DNA of 60,000 nt. It comes from Felis catus. Taxonomy: Eukaryota. Below are positions 40,136-53,981 of this stretch, in pieces. The notes beneath the pieces were generated by a model that was not told where the DNA came from, searched no databases, and was given only the letters and a program-made list of their open reading frames with translations. Position 1 is the stretch's first letter; every line of letters begins with the position of its first letter. A program made the position numbers and the translations under genes. The stretch spans positions 141,052,001 to 141,112,000 of the forward strand of contig NC_058368.1 in the NCBI RefSeq assembly GCF_018350175.1, written 5' to 3'.

Positions 40136-41039
40136 CCCTGAGATAACTTTAGAATATCTCTCATACCTCTTTGCAGCACTAACATGGTCTCAGTTTTCAC
40201 CATCTGTCTTTGATCCTTGCCACCTGGTCCCTGTCCGTTTTTATTCTTAGGAATTCTTCATGATTGACTCTGGTGACCTGGGTTGATATCAGGAGTGATG
40301 ATGGTCTGGCTTAGTTCTTGCCCTTTGGTTTTCCTGGAAGAGAACACCTTCAAGGGATATATAAGACCGGATGTTGACTGCAAGAGCTCTTCTCAATAAG
40401 TCAAGGTCAAAATAAAGGCTCACCTCCCCCCGAGAAGTGTTTCCTCATAACCCAATGTTAATTTCCCTAAAATAGCTTTAAAGGAGAAGGATGGATCATA
40501 GTTTGTGAGCTAAAAATTATTCCTATGGTTAACTGAACCATAACCAGTGGAAAGATGAGAACCAATGGAATCATTGCTTGCAGAAATTTATCTAATAAAT
40601 GAGATGGTAGAGAAAAAAAGAGAGAGACTCCCGTAATCCATGGTTTTGGTGCCAGTGTCAAATAAGACACAGTCAAAAGCCAAGATAAAGCAATTCTTTC
40701 ACTAATACCGGATCTGTCACACAATTGGGGTGTGACCAAGATGCTGCTGCGACCTTCCTTCTCCTAGTTGACCCCCAAAATGTCTCTCTGGGTTCAATGG
40801 TTGCTCTTGCGGGCCTAAAAGTTGTGTTCTCATCATCACTTTTGGTTTAACATACAAGCCAGCTATCTGACTTGTTGGCCACCGGTTGGTCAAGACCTTT
40901 TATAGATTTAAAACAACTTCTAGTCTCTCGGTACGCATTCTAGAAAAGCTTCAATGGGCTAAAGATATAATAGGCCCAAGAATAATATGATTAGTAAGGA
41001 ACGATGAGTGTATCATTGTCTGGTGCTTGATGCTCACGT

Positions 41040-41411
41040 GTGTTATTCTGCCCAGGCTGCCATAACAAAATATCACAGGCTAGGCGGCTGAAACCCAGAT
41101 ATCTATCTACTCACAGTTCTGAAAGCTAGAAGCCCAAGATCAGGGTGCCTTCAGGGTTGGTTTCTGTGAGGCCCATTTTCATGGCTTGTGGATGGCTGCC
41201 TTCTCACTACGTCCTCACATGGTGTTTTCTCTGTGTGCTCACAGAAGCTCGATGGTGGTTTCCTTTTTGTATAAGGACGCCAGTCCTACAGGCCGTTATG
41301 GCCACGTTTAACCTTAATTACCTCTCTAAAGGCCCTATCTCCAAATACAGTCACGTTGGAGGTTTAGGCTTCAACCTAAGAATCTTGGGGGACACGCTTC
41401 AGTTCATAACC
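41040..41411 (-). mobile_element. MLT1A-type solo LTR
   Basis: GGCTGCCATAACAAAATATCACAG..TTTAACCTTAATTACCTC..AAAGGCCCTATCTCCAAATACAGTCAC. Confidence 0.85.
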
Positions 41412-41487
41412 TCAGGCAGATGCTGCAAGTTTTTTTTTTAAACTGTTGAGTTATTATTTATATACAATAAAATCTATACCTTAAAAG

Positions 41488-43326
41488 TTTTTTAATTTCA
41501 GTATGGTCAACATACAGTATATTAGTTTTGGGTATACAATATAGTGATTCAACAATTCCATACATCACCCTGTGCTCATCACAAGTGCACTCCTTAATCC
41601 CCATCACCTATTATACTCATCCCCCCACTCCCCTCCCCTCTGGTAACCATCAGTTTCTTCTCTATAGTTAAGAGTCTGTTTCTTGGTTTGTATCTTTTCT
41701 CTCTCATTTTTTCTCCTTTGCTCATTTGTTTCTTAAATTCCACACATGAGTGAAATCATATGGTATTTGTACTTCTTTGATTGACTTATTTCACTTAGCA
41801 TAATACTCTCGCTGCATCTTTGTCATTGCAAATGGCAAGATTTCATTATTTTTTATGGCCAAATAATATTCCATTATATATCTATATATCACATCTTCTT
41901 TACCCATTCATGAATTGATGGACACTTGGGCTGCTTCCATAATTTGGCTATCGTGAATAATGCTGCTATAAACACAGGGGTACATGTATCTCTTTGAATT
42001 AAGGTTTTTTATTCTTTGAGTAAATGCCTAGTAATGTAATTACTGGATCGTGGGGTAGTTCTATTTTTAACTTTTTGAGGAACCTCCATATAGTTTTACA
42101 CAATAGCTGCACCAATTTGCATTCCCACTGACAGTGCAAGTGGGTTCCTTTTCTTTACATCTTCGCGATCACTCACTGTTTCTTGTATTTTTTATTTTGG
42201 CCATTCTGACAGGTGTGAGATGATATCTCATTGTAGTTTTGATTTGCATTTCCCTGATGATGAGTGGTGATGAGCATCTTTTCATGTGTCTGTTGGCTAT
42301 CTGGATATCTTCTTTGGAGAAATGTCTATTCATTTCTTCTGCCCATTTTTAATTGGATTATTTGTTTTTTGGGGTGTTGAGTTTTAGAACTTCTTTATAT
42401 ATTTTAGGTACTAACCCTTTATCAAATATGTCATTTACAAATATCTTCATCCATTCAGTAGGTTGCCTTTTAGTTTTGTTGATTGTTTCCTTCACTGTAG
42501 AGAAGCTTTTTCTTTTGAAGTAGTCCCAATAGTTTATTTTTGCTTTTATTTCTCTTGCCTCAGAAGACATATCTAGAAAAAAGTTGCTACAGCCAATGTC
42601 AGAGAAATTACTGCCTGTACTCTCTTCTACAGTTTTGGTGGTTTCAGGTCTCACATTTAGGTCTTTAATCCATTTTGAATTTATTTTTGTGTATGGTGTA
42701 AGAAAGTGGTTCGGTTTCATTTTATGACATGTTGCTGTTCAGTTTTCCCAACACCATTTGTTGAAAAGATTGCCTCTTTCCCATTGCATATTCTTGCCTC
42801 CTTTGTCAAAGTTGAATTGGCCATATAATTGTGGGTTTATTTCTTGGCTCTCTATTCTGTTCTATTGATCTATGTGTCTATTTTTGTGCCAGTACCATAC
42901 TGTTTTGATCACCACAACTTTTTAGTATAATTTGAAATCTGGAATTGGGATACTTCCAGCTTTGTTTTTCTTTTTCAAGATTGCTTTGGCTATACAAGTT
43001 CTTTTGTGCATGTTTTAGGATTGCTTGTTCTGGTTCTGTGAAAAATGCTGTTGGTATTTTGATAGGGATTGCATTAAATGGGTAGATTGCTTTGGGTAGT
43101 ATGGACATTTTAACAATATTTGTTCTTACTGTCCATGAGCATGAAATATTTTTCCATTTGTTTGTATCATCTTTAATTTCTTTTATTAGTGTTTTAGAGT
43201 TTTCAGAGGGCAGATTTTTTTTCACCTTCTTGTTTAAATTTATCCCTAGGTATTTTAATATTTTTGGTACAATTATAAGTGGTATTGTTTTCTTAATTTC
43301 TCTTTCTGCTGCTCCATTATTAGTGT
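41488..43326 (-). mobile_element. 5'-truncated carnivore LINE-1 (about 1.8 kb) inserted in an older L1
   Basis: ORFs 42358-42720 and 42878-43225 give ORF2p segments ([51 protein letters not shown]). Confidence 0.95.
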
Positions 43327-43528
43327 AAAATATGCACCTTTAAAGGATGCCTTTTAGTGTGTTTTAACAAAGTATATAATCATGTGATATATCCATGTAT
43401 TTTATCACCCTGTCCCTTGTGCTCCTTCCCAGTCGATTCTCAGCCTCTACCACAGTCCCTAAGTAGCCACTAATCTTTTTATTTCAATAAACTAGGTTTA
43501 GCTTTTTATTAAAAAAAAAATTTTTTTA

Positions 43529-43761
43529 GGGGCGCCTGGGTGGCGCAGTCGGTTAAGCGTCCGACTTCAGCCAGGTCACGATCTCACGGTCCGTGAGTTT
43601 GAGCCCCGCGTCAGGCTCTGGGCTGATGGCTCGGAGCCTGGAGCCTGTTTCCTATTCTGTGTCTCCCTCTCTCTCTGGCCCTCCCCCGTTCATGCTCTGT
43701 CTCTCTCTGTCCCAAAAATAAATTAAAAAAAACGTTAAAAAAAAAAAAAGGAAAAAAAAAA
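43529..43761 (+). mobile_element. Young SINEC_Fc inserted in the tail of an opposite-strand SINE
   Basis: GGGGCGCCTGGGTGGCGCAGTCGGTTAAGCGTCCG near-consensus head; AAAAAAAAATTTT on both sides. Confidence 0.95.
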
Positions 43762-43799
43762 TTTTAAAAAATCTTTAATTACAATTAATTACGATTAAT

Positions 43800-43998
43800 T
43801 ATGTTTACTTTTGAGAGGGAATGAGACAGAGTGCGAACAGGGGAGGGGCAGAGAGAGAGGGAGACACAGAATCCAAAGCAGGCTTCAGGCTCTGAGCTGT
43901 CAGCGCATAGCCCAACACGGGGCTTGAGCTTAAGAACCGTGAGATCATCACCTGAGCCGAAGTTGGATGCTTAATCTACTGAGCCACCTAGGTGCCCC
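43800..43998 (-). mobile_element. Can-SINE (host of the previous copy)
   Basis: Outer TSD G(G/A)TTTAGCTTTTT at about 43495 and 44001. Confidence 0.9.
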
Positions 43999-44522
43999 AA
44001 GATTTAGCTTTTTTAGTTTTGTATCAGTGAAATCATATATTTACCCTTTTGTGTCTGTCTTCTTCCACCCAGTTTAATGATCCTGAGATTTCCCTGTTGC
44101 TGTTTATATTAGTAGTTTGTCACATTTCATCACTGAGTAGTATTTATTCCATTTTATGTATGTATCACAATGTATTTATTCACCTGCTAGTGAACATTGG
44201 CTTGTTTCCATTTTTGGGGGTGTTACTTAAAAAGCTGCTATGGACAAATTTTGGGGCATGTGTTTTCATTTCTCTTGGGTGAATGCCTAGAATGAAATTT
44301 CATGGTTGTATGGTATGCATATGTTTAATAAGAAATTGTCAGACTATTTTCCAAAAGTGATTGTGCTAATTTACATTTCCATCAGCAATGTATGAAAATT
44401 CCATTTGTTCAACATCCTTGTCAACACTTGAAATAGCCTGTGTTTTGCATTTTAGCCATTACATTGTATAGGGATATCTCATTGTGGTTTTATTTGCTTT
44501 TCACTGATTACTAATGTTGATG

Positions 44523-44524
<2 letters not shown>

Positions 44525-44568
<44 letters not shown>
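44525..44568. repeat. (GT)22 microsatellite
   Basis: Perfect run. Confidence 0.97.
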
Positions 44569-44573
<5 letters not shown>

Positions 44574-45303
44574 AGTCATTCCAGTGTCTTATATTGTGAA
44601 GAGTCTATTACAGATTTTTGGCACAATTTTTAATTGAGTTGTTTTCTGATTATTGACTGTAAGACTTCTTCATATAGTCTGGATACGAGTCTTTGAATAT
44701 ATTATATTTTTCCCAGCATGTGGCTTGGCTTTTTATTTTCTTAAAGCTATCTTTAAAGGAACAGACTCTTAAAAGTTTGATAAATTCCAATTTATCAATT
44801 TGTTTTCCTTCATGATTCATGTCTTTTATATTCTTTCTAAGAAATCTTTGCCTACCTAAGTTCATGAAGATTTCCCCCTAAGTTTACTTCTAGAAGTCTT
44901 TTTGTTTTAGCTCTTTAAATTCTGTGATTCATTTCAAGTTATCTTTGTGTTGGTGAAAGGTAAGCGCTGTGGGTTGTTTGTTGTTTTAGCATAGGGATGT
45001 CCAGTCTTTTCACCACAATTTGTTAACAACAACAACAAAAAGCCTGTACTTTCTCCATTGAATTGTCTTGGCACTTTGATTGAAAATTAATTGACCCTAA
45101 AATTGTGAGTCTTTGTCTAGACACTATTCCATTTATCTATTCCTTTGTGTATGATGTAAGAATCTGACATTTTACTTCTGTGTACACTTTCCCATCCTTT
45201 GTGCTATTTTTGGCATTGATTTTACCTCTACATATTTTGTAAATACCACAAAATGTTGTTATTATTTTTGCTATGAAGTTAATTATCTTTTAAAAGCAAT
45301 AAA

Positions 45304-45510
45304 GGGGCACTTGGGTGGCTGGGTCAGTTAAGCACCCGACATCAGCTCAGGTCACCATCTGGCAGTTTGTGAGTTCAAGCCCCGCATCGAACAGTCAGTG
45401 CACTGTCAGTGCAGAACCTGCTTGGGATTCTCTGTCTCCCTCTCTCTCTGCCCCTGCCTCACTCACTCTCTCTCTCTCAAAATAAATAAAAAGCTTAAAT
45501 AAAAATAAGA
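45304..45510 (+). mobile_element. Can-SINE
   Basis: GGGGCACTTGGGTGGCTG head, CT tract, A-rich tail. Confidence 0.88.
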
Positions 45511-45622
45511 ATAAAGCCTCTTTATATATACCTTCCTGTTTACCATTTTAATGCTTTTCATTCATTTCCATATAGTCACATTTCTAACTTGTATCATTTT
45601 CCTTCCACTTGAAGAATTTTCA

Positions 45623-45741
45623 GGGATACCTGGCTGGCACAGTTGGTAGAATCTGAGACTCTTGATCTCAGGGTTGTGAGTTTGAGCCCCATGTTGGGCA
45701 TGGAGACTTTTTAAAAAAAAAAAAAGAGAAAGAAAAAAAAA
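45623..45741 (+). mobile_element. Short tRNA-Lys(CTT)-like retroposon (SINE head or tRNA pseudogene plus poly-A)
   Basis: 45628-45700 is colinear with tRNA-Lys CTT (TGAGACTCTTGATCTCAGGGTTGTGAGTTTGAGCCCCATGTTGGGC), followed by an A tail. Confidence 0.8.
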
Positions 45742-46582
45742 ATTTTAGAACTTTTCTGGTAATGAATGATTACTGTTGATGAATCCTCTCAATTTTTGTT
45801 TGTCTGAAAAAGTCTTCATTTACCTTCCTTTTTTGAAAGATATTTTTCCTGCATATATGTTGACAGTTCATCTTAAAGATTTTTCTCCATTTAATCTGGC
45901 TTTCATAGTTTCTTATGAGAAAAGTCTGTCATTCTTATCTCCTCTCTGTACTTACTGTATCCTTTTTCTCTTTTAAGATTTTCTTTTTATCAGTGTTTTC
46001 AGAAATTATATTATATTGTGTCTTGGCATGGTATGCCTTTGGTTTATCCTGCCTGAGATTTGCTGAATTTCTTAGATTTGTGAATCACTGAAGCCCTGTT
46101 AATTTTTTTTTAGCCTTTTCCTCCACTCTTTGCTTTAATTTGAATACTTTTAATTAGCATGTTTTCCACTTTACCGATCTTTTATTTTTCAATGTTGAAT
46201 ATGCTCTTAGTTGTAACCAATGACAATTTAATTTCAGAACTTGTCTTTTTCATTTCTAGAGACTCCATCTGATTCATTTTTTAAAAATCTTCCATTTCTC
46301 CTCTCACAGTGCTTATGTTTTCCATTCAGTACTTGGTTAATAGTTATTGTTCTTATCTGCTAATTCTTATTTCTACTTACATTTATTAATATTTCACTGG
46401 ATTTTTGGTCATATTTTTCTGCTTGTTGGCATACCTACTAGTTTTGATTGTGTACTAGACATTTTGAATGTTGCATTGTTGTGTTTAGACTTTCTTTTCT
46501 TTAAAGAACATTGGATTTTGTTCTAGGAGACAATTAAGTTAATTTTGGTTCACTGTGATCCTTTCAAGGCTTATTTTCAAAC

Positions 46583-47016
46583 TTTTTTCTTTAATGTTTA
46601 TTTATTTATTATTTAAAAAAAATTTTTTTTTTTCAACGTGTATTTATTTTGGGGACAGAGAGAGACAGAGCATGAACGGGGGAGGGGCAGAGAGAGAGGG
46701 AGACACAGAATCGGAAACAGGCTCCAGGCTCTGAGCCATCAGCCCAGAGCCTGACGTGGGGCTCGAACTCACCCACCGCGAGATCGTGACCTGGCTGAAG
46801 TCGGACGCTTAACCGACTGCGCCACCCAGGCGCCCCTTATTTATTTATTTTTGAGAAAGAGTGAGAACACAGAGGGGAGGAGGTGCAGAGAGAGACACAC
46901 AGACTATGAAACAGGCTCCAGGCTCTGAGCTGTCAGTGCAGAGCCCACTGTGGGGCTTGAACTGACAAACCACAAGATCATGACCTGAGTGGAAGATGGG
47001 CGTTCAAGCGACTGAC
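46583..47016 (-). mobile_element. Can-SINE with a young SINEC_Fc (46623-46836) nested in its tail
   Basis: TTATTTATT on both sides of the inner near-consensus copy; the outer copy lacks its 5' end. Confidence 0.9.
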
Positions 47017-48956
47017 TTCCAAAGGTAGGTCTAGAGTAGTCTTTTCGCTAAGTATTCTTTAACCTTACTATTAAGTCATGACTCACTGGCTCAATAAGAA
47101 CTTTCCACTCTGGCTGGTGAAAACTTGATGGCTCTTAGGTCTTTGCGAGCACTGTGAATTATTCAGCTTACAGCTTTCCAGTCACTTTCTTCCTGGTCTG
47201 TGGAATTTCACCCTATTCATGCGTGTCTTAGTATTTACTAAACTTTCAAGTGCTCCTCAGTGTGCCTTGTATATGTAGCTTCCTCTCTCTGAAGCTCTGC
47301 CCTATAAACTCTAGCCACATAGACCTTTCCAGACTCTGATTTCTGTCACTGCAAGTCAGCAAAATCACTGGACTGTGCCTGGGATTTCTTCCCTGCTCCA
47401 AGGTGTGGAATGTGCCTCCAGGGTGAAAGCTGAGGTAATATTTTATAACTCATCTGTTTCTCTTCTTTCAGGATTGACAGTTCTAAGTTATCTATTGTCC
47501 AATGTCGGAAAATAGTTGTTTCATATATTTTATCTGATTTTCTAGTTCTTAATGGGAAGAAGGTAAATTTTGGTCCAATTTTCTTCATCATGGCCAGAAA
47601 TGAGTCCATACTACAAATACTTACTCATCATCCTATACAAAAAGTTGCCATCCCAAAATGATATTCACTTTGAAGATTCAATCAGAGCTTTTTTTGTGTT
47701 CCTTTTTCTTCATTCTTCTTCCATAATTCAAAAAATAAACTATGGATTTTTCAAATAAATTTGAAGAATTGCACTGCATTGTTAACGTTTATTATTGCAG
47801 AACTATCTGTATTCCCTTACACGCACTCCAATTAGGACTCACGCAACTTTTTGATATAGTATTTAATCTCTGAAATGGCTCTCAGACATTTCCCAGGGGA
47901 ATTTTTAAGGCCCTCATAGCTGGAGTTCTAAAAATGGCCATTCAAGGCTTGCTTCTTATATTTTCCAAGAATGGAGATTACTTGTAGATGTGGCATCTCT
48001 AACTCATTATTATATATGTTTTATACTCATTGTACATACAGGAGAAATAGAAGATGTTAAACATACAATTAATGTGGACGTTTATACCATCTGAATTGTA
48101 TTAGGCTTTGAATTTCTTACAGAACTTTCTGTAGTTTAATGCTTAACAAGCCTTATAAATGTATGGACTTTGTGGCTGGGATCCAGCTTTCACAAATGTG
48201 TAAGAGAAGGAAAATCTTAAATACTGGCTTGATTTCTTAATTTAACAAGAGACAATCCGTATACTACATTTCTCATAACATGTCACTTTAATTTCTAAAG
48301 TCTAGGGATGTTTTTTTCTTTTGTTTGTTTGTTTTTACCTTTTAAACCTGATGTTTATATTGGTGATTTTTTAAAATCCCCCATTAAAAAGGTTCTAAAC
48401 CTAATCTTCTAGATCTCAGTGAGAAATGCAGTATATATTGCCTTAGCCATATATTTTTATAAAAGGGTTATGTAGGATTTTTATAACCTATAAAAGTTTG
48501 ATGGCTCCATGCTCAGGAGAAAGCAAATGATTACTTAGCCATGCTAGGCGGGAGTTCAGGTTAATATAAACAGAAAGGAGATGTTGAGAGCTTTTATATC
48601 CAAAGGGTAAAAAAAGAGAAGCATACGGTGATATATCATACATACAGAGATTTTATACAAAGATAAAACCTGTAAAATATAAGACTGTTACATAGTAAGC
48701 TTTCTCCCAACCGGTAGACACTATTATTATTATTATTTTATCATTCAACCAGTGTTCTGAAAATAATCTTATCTGCTTTGTGTACTTACAGTGGTTTGAA
48801 TTCATACTGTCTTCCTTCTCTCACTCCCCAGGCCTCTGCTTCCTGGAACTTTATTTACTGTTTGTAAAAGTTAGGGGGATTTTTGTCATCCTAGGCTTGA
48901 ACACCATGTATTAAGAAAAGGAAAGTCACTGTACTGAAAATTAGGTAGTTCTGGTA

Positions 48957-49184
48957 TGTATGCATGTATGTATATATGTATTAAAAGTGTATTTGTTTAT
49001 TTTGAGAGAGAGAATGAGTGCGCACGGGGGAGGAACAGAGAGAGAGGGAGAGAGAGAATCCCAGGCAGGCTCTGCACTGTCAGTGCAGAGCTGGGTGCCA
49101 GGTTTAATCCCACGAACTGTGAGATCATGACCTGAGCGGAAACCAAGAGTCACACACTCCACTGACTGAGCCCCCCAGGCACCC
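48957..49184 (-). mobile_element. Can-SINE
   Basis: Typical body ending CCCCCAGGCACCC. Confidence 0.88.
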
Positions 49185-49485
49185 TAGTCTGCTGGTGTGT
49201 ACTTAAACATTCAGTTTACTTCTGTAAGCAGCCCCCACTCCCGTGTCTCAGGAAGGGTGAAGACTATCGAATACATGTCCTTAGAAGTCACTGGGTTGGA
49301 GGGACCTACTTGAGATCTACAGCCTTACAATTCTTAAACATTTGTGGATGATAGTGCTTTGCAACATTCTTTTGTGTAACAACATTCAGGTTTTAGCACA
49401 ACTTATATTATGCTCAGAAGATAAAACACCACAGGTGAGGAGTTTTGGGTTGTTATTTTTGTTTTTCAGTATCTTTATGGATAGC

Positions 49486-49618
49486 AGTGGTTTTCAAAAT
49501 GTGACCTGGGACCAGTAGCATTAGCATCATTGGGGAACTAGTTAGAATCGTAAATTCTCAGGCTCTGCCATCTATATTTTAGATAATTCTGATGTATGTT
49601 AAAGTTGAACAGCAGCTG
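49486..49618. mobile_element. MER5-like fragment
   Basis: CAGTGGTTTTCAAA..AGCATTAGCATCA..AATTCTCAGGC..AATTCTGATG. Confidence 0.65.
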
Positions 49619-50601
49619 GTGTGGAGAACCCCAGAAAGTCTCCTATATCTGACTTAATTTATTATACGCCACATCATATGAGGTATGAAGATGTAATCAG
49701 TCATGTCCCCAGCTACTGTTGCCTTGGAGATGTTTAATGGTGTAACACGGGAAGTGCCATGCTGCTAAGCAAATGTCAAACTCCAAGAAGGAAGAGATTT
49801 TCTGCCAAAAGCCTTCTAGAACACCTTCTTTCACAGTCCTAGCAGCCAAAGGGAGAGGATTAAGACATCAGAACCACAGAAGGTGCTAACGCAGGGCCCT
49901 CGGGCTGAGCTGCAGCCTTGAGGCACCTTTAGCTAGTTAAGAAGTAAAATCCCTAGGCTCAAAAGCTGTTCTTGAAACGGAGTATCAAAAGACTGAAGTT
50001 AGCAATCTAGACATGAAGCAAGAAACTCCTATCCCTGTGTAGACCATGCCATAGGGAAGCCCAAGGAAGTCTGGACAAAGAGACTGTTTTCTTAGCCACA
50101 CCGGGAAAGTGGGGCCATGCGCTTGTTTGTGTGGAGGACCTGGAGGCAGAGAAATCCGTCATCTTCATAAAAGTCCATGATTCATCCAACAAATATTGAA
50201 CATCTGCTTGTCGCTGGATCTTAACCGCTAGAGATCCAGCAGTGAACACAGAAGAGGATCCAGGCCTCACGTCCCTCACATTCTGGCTGCGTCCTGAGGA
50301 TGGCGAAATGTCAGTGCTGGTGTTGGGCGTGCACTTTCTGGTTTCTAGACTCAAGATTCTGGGCCTCAGAGAGTGCAAATCCTGGTAAAGAATCCCTTTT
50401 CTAAACAAGATTTATTTTTCCTGGTTGTGTTGCCCATTCTCATATGCACCTTGATATCCAAGCTGGAAATTTTGGAATTGGTTTTGATATCACTGGCTCC
50501 CTGGCCCCTCATCCAGTCGGCTCCTCGTCCCAGGGATTCGTTCTCAGTACGGTCTCTGGAATTTCCCTTCTTTTCCATTCTTAGAAATTCCATCATCTCA
50601 A

Positions 50602-50721
50602 TGTCTTAGTCTTAGTCTGCTTAGGCTACCGTAACAAAACACTGTAGACTGGGTGTTTTAAATAAAATTATTTTCTCACAGGTCTGGAGCAGATGGTGCC
50701 TTTCCACTGTGTACTCACATA

Positions 50722-50816
<95 letters not shown>

Positions 50817-51023
50817 AGAGAAGGAGAGAGCACTTGAGTGAGATCCAGCTCTGGTGTCTCTTCGTCTTCTTAAGGACACCAATTCTACTGGATTCGGGTC
50901 TCCCCATATAACCTCATTTAACCTTAATTACTTTCTTGAAGGCCCTATCTCCAAATATAGTCACATTGCAGGTCAGGGCTCCACCATACAAATTGGTGGG
51001 AGGGACACTATCCAGTTCATACC
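50602..51023 (-). mobile_element. MLT1A-type LTR inserted in an L2 relic
   Basis: TGTCTTAGTC..ACCTCATTTAACCTTAATTAC..GGCCCTATCTCCAAATATAGTCAC. Confidence 0.8.
50726..50815. repeat. Compound (CT)n(GT)n microsatellite
   Basis: About 22 CT units directly followed by about 22 GT units. Confidence 0.97.
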
Positions 51024-52219
51024 AGTCCTTATTATCTCATTCCTGGCTTATTATAGCTCCTTACTAATCCCTATTCCTGATGGCCTTCCCCAGTTCTTCT
51101 TGAATATGCAACCAGGTTCACTGAAGTAAAGCAGTACTCTTAAGGTACAGTCTTACTGAAAACCTTCAGTGATTCCCAGTGACTAGGATTTTACCAAACT
51201 CCCTAATCTGGCGCTTGATTCCCTAGTCATAGCCTACCTTGTCAGCCAAAATAATGCTATTCCCTTCCCCTACACCACCCACCTTTTGAATAGTCTACTG
51301 ATAGTTCTGCGGGCATTCAGTGTGTGTGCCCTCCCACCTCTAGGTCTTTGCTCACGTTATCCTGTCGGCACTGTCCTCTTTCTCACTTATTCAACTGCTG
51401 CCCTTTCTTCCAAGTGCCACACTCCCATCTCCTCACCATCACTTCCACCCACACTGATCTTTCTCTCTGGGCTTGGATTATTTTTTCAAAGCAAGTGTTA
51501 ACACACTTCTCTGTGTGTATGTCTGTGTTCCCCGTGGAACTGTCTGAGAGTGAGTACTGAGGATTTTACTTCTGTGTGTCCCTCATAGTGCCTGGCACAG
51601 TGGTGGGTACTCAAACGATGTTCTCCCTGCAGATGGGCAGATGGATGGTTGAAAAAGGATGATACTCCTTTGATAAGGTTTTCTGAGGATATTCACTTAA
51701 ATGCCATCTCCTCTGAGGAAAGGTCCAGAACCCTACCCCAGTGTCTCTCTGTCACATCAACACATTTTAAATCTCTGTACAAGCTTCACCACTATCAAAG
51801 ACTTTTGTTGTTTGTCCTTCCAACCCTCCATAATATTCTAAACTCCATAGAGGTAAGAGACTGTTTCTGTCTTGTTCCCCAAGTACCCAGTTAGTGTCTG
51901 ATACATGGTAGCCACTCAGTAAATATTTGGTGAATTAATGAATGCACGGATGACTTCGGCCTCACATCATGGAATGAAATCTTTTGGAGCAGACGGTATG
52001 CCTAGCAAAGGGCATGCAGGCAGAGGAGGATGCTTAGAGATCTGACCATTTTTTGTTACTCAAGAGACATTCAGGAAATTGCACACTAATGTAGAAATAA
52101 ATGTGCTTTGCTTTATGTATATCTCAAGGCAGGTTGAATTAATGAATGAATAATTTGTACCCTGACTATGCCAAAACTCAAAGTGCTCTTTGAGTATTTA
52201 TGAAGCCAGGCAGTGTACT

Positions 52220-52444
52220 ATTTTTTAAAAATTTTTTAAACATTTATTTATTTTTGAGAGACAGAGAGAGACAGAGCAGGAGCAGGGGAGGGGCAGAGAG
52301 GGAGGGAGACACAGAATCTGAAACAGGCTCCAGGCTCTGAGCCATCAGCACAGAGCCCAATGTGGGGCTTGAACTCAAGAACCATGAAATCATGACCTGA
52401 GCCTAAGTCGGAGTCTTAACCAACTGAGCCACTTAGGCGCCCCC
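52220..52444 (-). mobile_element. Can-SINE
   Basis: TSD AGGCAGTGTACT at 52208 and 52445. Confidence 0.93.
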
Positions 52445-53981
52445 AGGCAGTGTACTTTTTTTTAAAATGCCAACATTTAATAATTTGGCAGACACAAATT
52501 TATTTTGTATGACAATAGATTTGTTTTGTAAATCCAGAGTTTCTTTACGGATGGTGGAACCAACAGTGATTTCCACTATGTATAGAAGTTTCAGGGTCTT
52601 TGGACTTCTGTCTCTTTCTTCCCCTTCTAATTTTACCATCCCTCAGGAGACACTGTCTAGTGATCTCATCTGCTGTCTTCTGAATCCACCAAGGTTAGTT
52701 CTGCCTCTAGGCCTTTGCTCATACTGTTTCCCTCACTTGAAAAGCTGACATGGCCCTTCTCCAACAGGCCTTCCCCAGTTGTCAAAACTACTATAAAGAA
52801 TTGACCAGACAACTCAATTTTGCCCTCATACCTTAACACTCTTGTATTATGTTCTGTCATTTCTTGTGTGTAAGTCCCATCTACCTGATTGCTTTATAAG
52901 CTCCTTTGAAGTAGGGCTATACTGTGTGTTTTATTTGTATATATATTTTAATGCCTGATACTCTTGTGAAATGTATTTACAAGATTTTTGGAAATGAATG
53001 TTGTATCTCTCATAGCCTATTTGAGTCCAGGAGAATTCTGAAGTTGAGTAGCAAAGATATTTTGGACTCTGTGTCTAGCACTGAGCCAGTCCCTCCTGAG
53101 GTATTCTTGTAATTGGGAAGGTTGGATCACTTCTGTGTAACATGGATTCAGGGCCCAGTGCACAGTGGATTCCATTTAATGATATTGACCTTAGGAAGTC
53201 AGATGTTGGCTGAATCTCTTGTTACATATTCTCTGTTTGCATATTTTACAACTGGCATAGGAAAACTGTCCTATGAGCCAAACCTTCTCCTAAATTTCAT
53301 TTGGTCCATGGCAAAAGGTCCAAGAAGTGATGCGCTTATAGTTAAATGTATAATTCTTAAAGGACCTGTATCTGTATACCCATTTGGCAGGAATATTTCA
53401 CCATGTAAGTGGCTCCTTATGTCTTTATCTTTCACTTTCTTTTTGCCTGTGTACTGTGTCTGGCTCAGTGTTTCTTTTGTAAATGTGTATGCACTTAATT
53501 TCTCTTTGTCTCCATCTATCTCTGATTCCTTCTTTAATTTTTTCCATCTTCCATCTTCTGTCTGAAGGAAAAAAAAAATCAGTGGAAGTTCCTGAAAGAA
53601 AATACATTTAGCTAATTTTTTTTTTTTTGGAGGAGATATTAGGCAACATAATGCTTATTCATTTACATGTTTGTGTGTTAAGTTTTTCAGAAAAAGAAAT
53701 CAAGTAAGCTCCTATTTTTCATCTATGTCACTTTACATTCACTTATGAGCCTTGACAGATAGATACACATTTTACATAGCTGTAATCAATCTACATATAC
53801 TACATATTTTTCACCTAACATTATTTCATCTATGCACAGTTAAATAGTGGTGTTCTGACATGTTGGTGTAGTTTTTCGAGCCATTCCTTAAGTGTTTGAT
53901 GTTTGTATTCTCTCCAGTTTTATTATTGCAAATAGTATTACAAACATCTTTGTATAAATCATTTTATTCTGTTGGCTTTTT

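Larger units (their letters stand above)
43327..47600 (-). mobile_element. Old fragmented L1M-type sequence interrupted by SINEs
   Basis: Degenerate L1 motifs (TTTACATTTCCATCAGCAATGTATG, CTCATTGTGGTTTT, TCTAAGAAATCTTTGCCTA); boundaries approximate. Confidence 0.65.
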
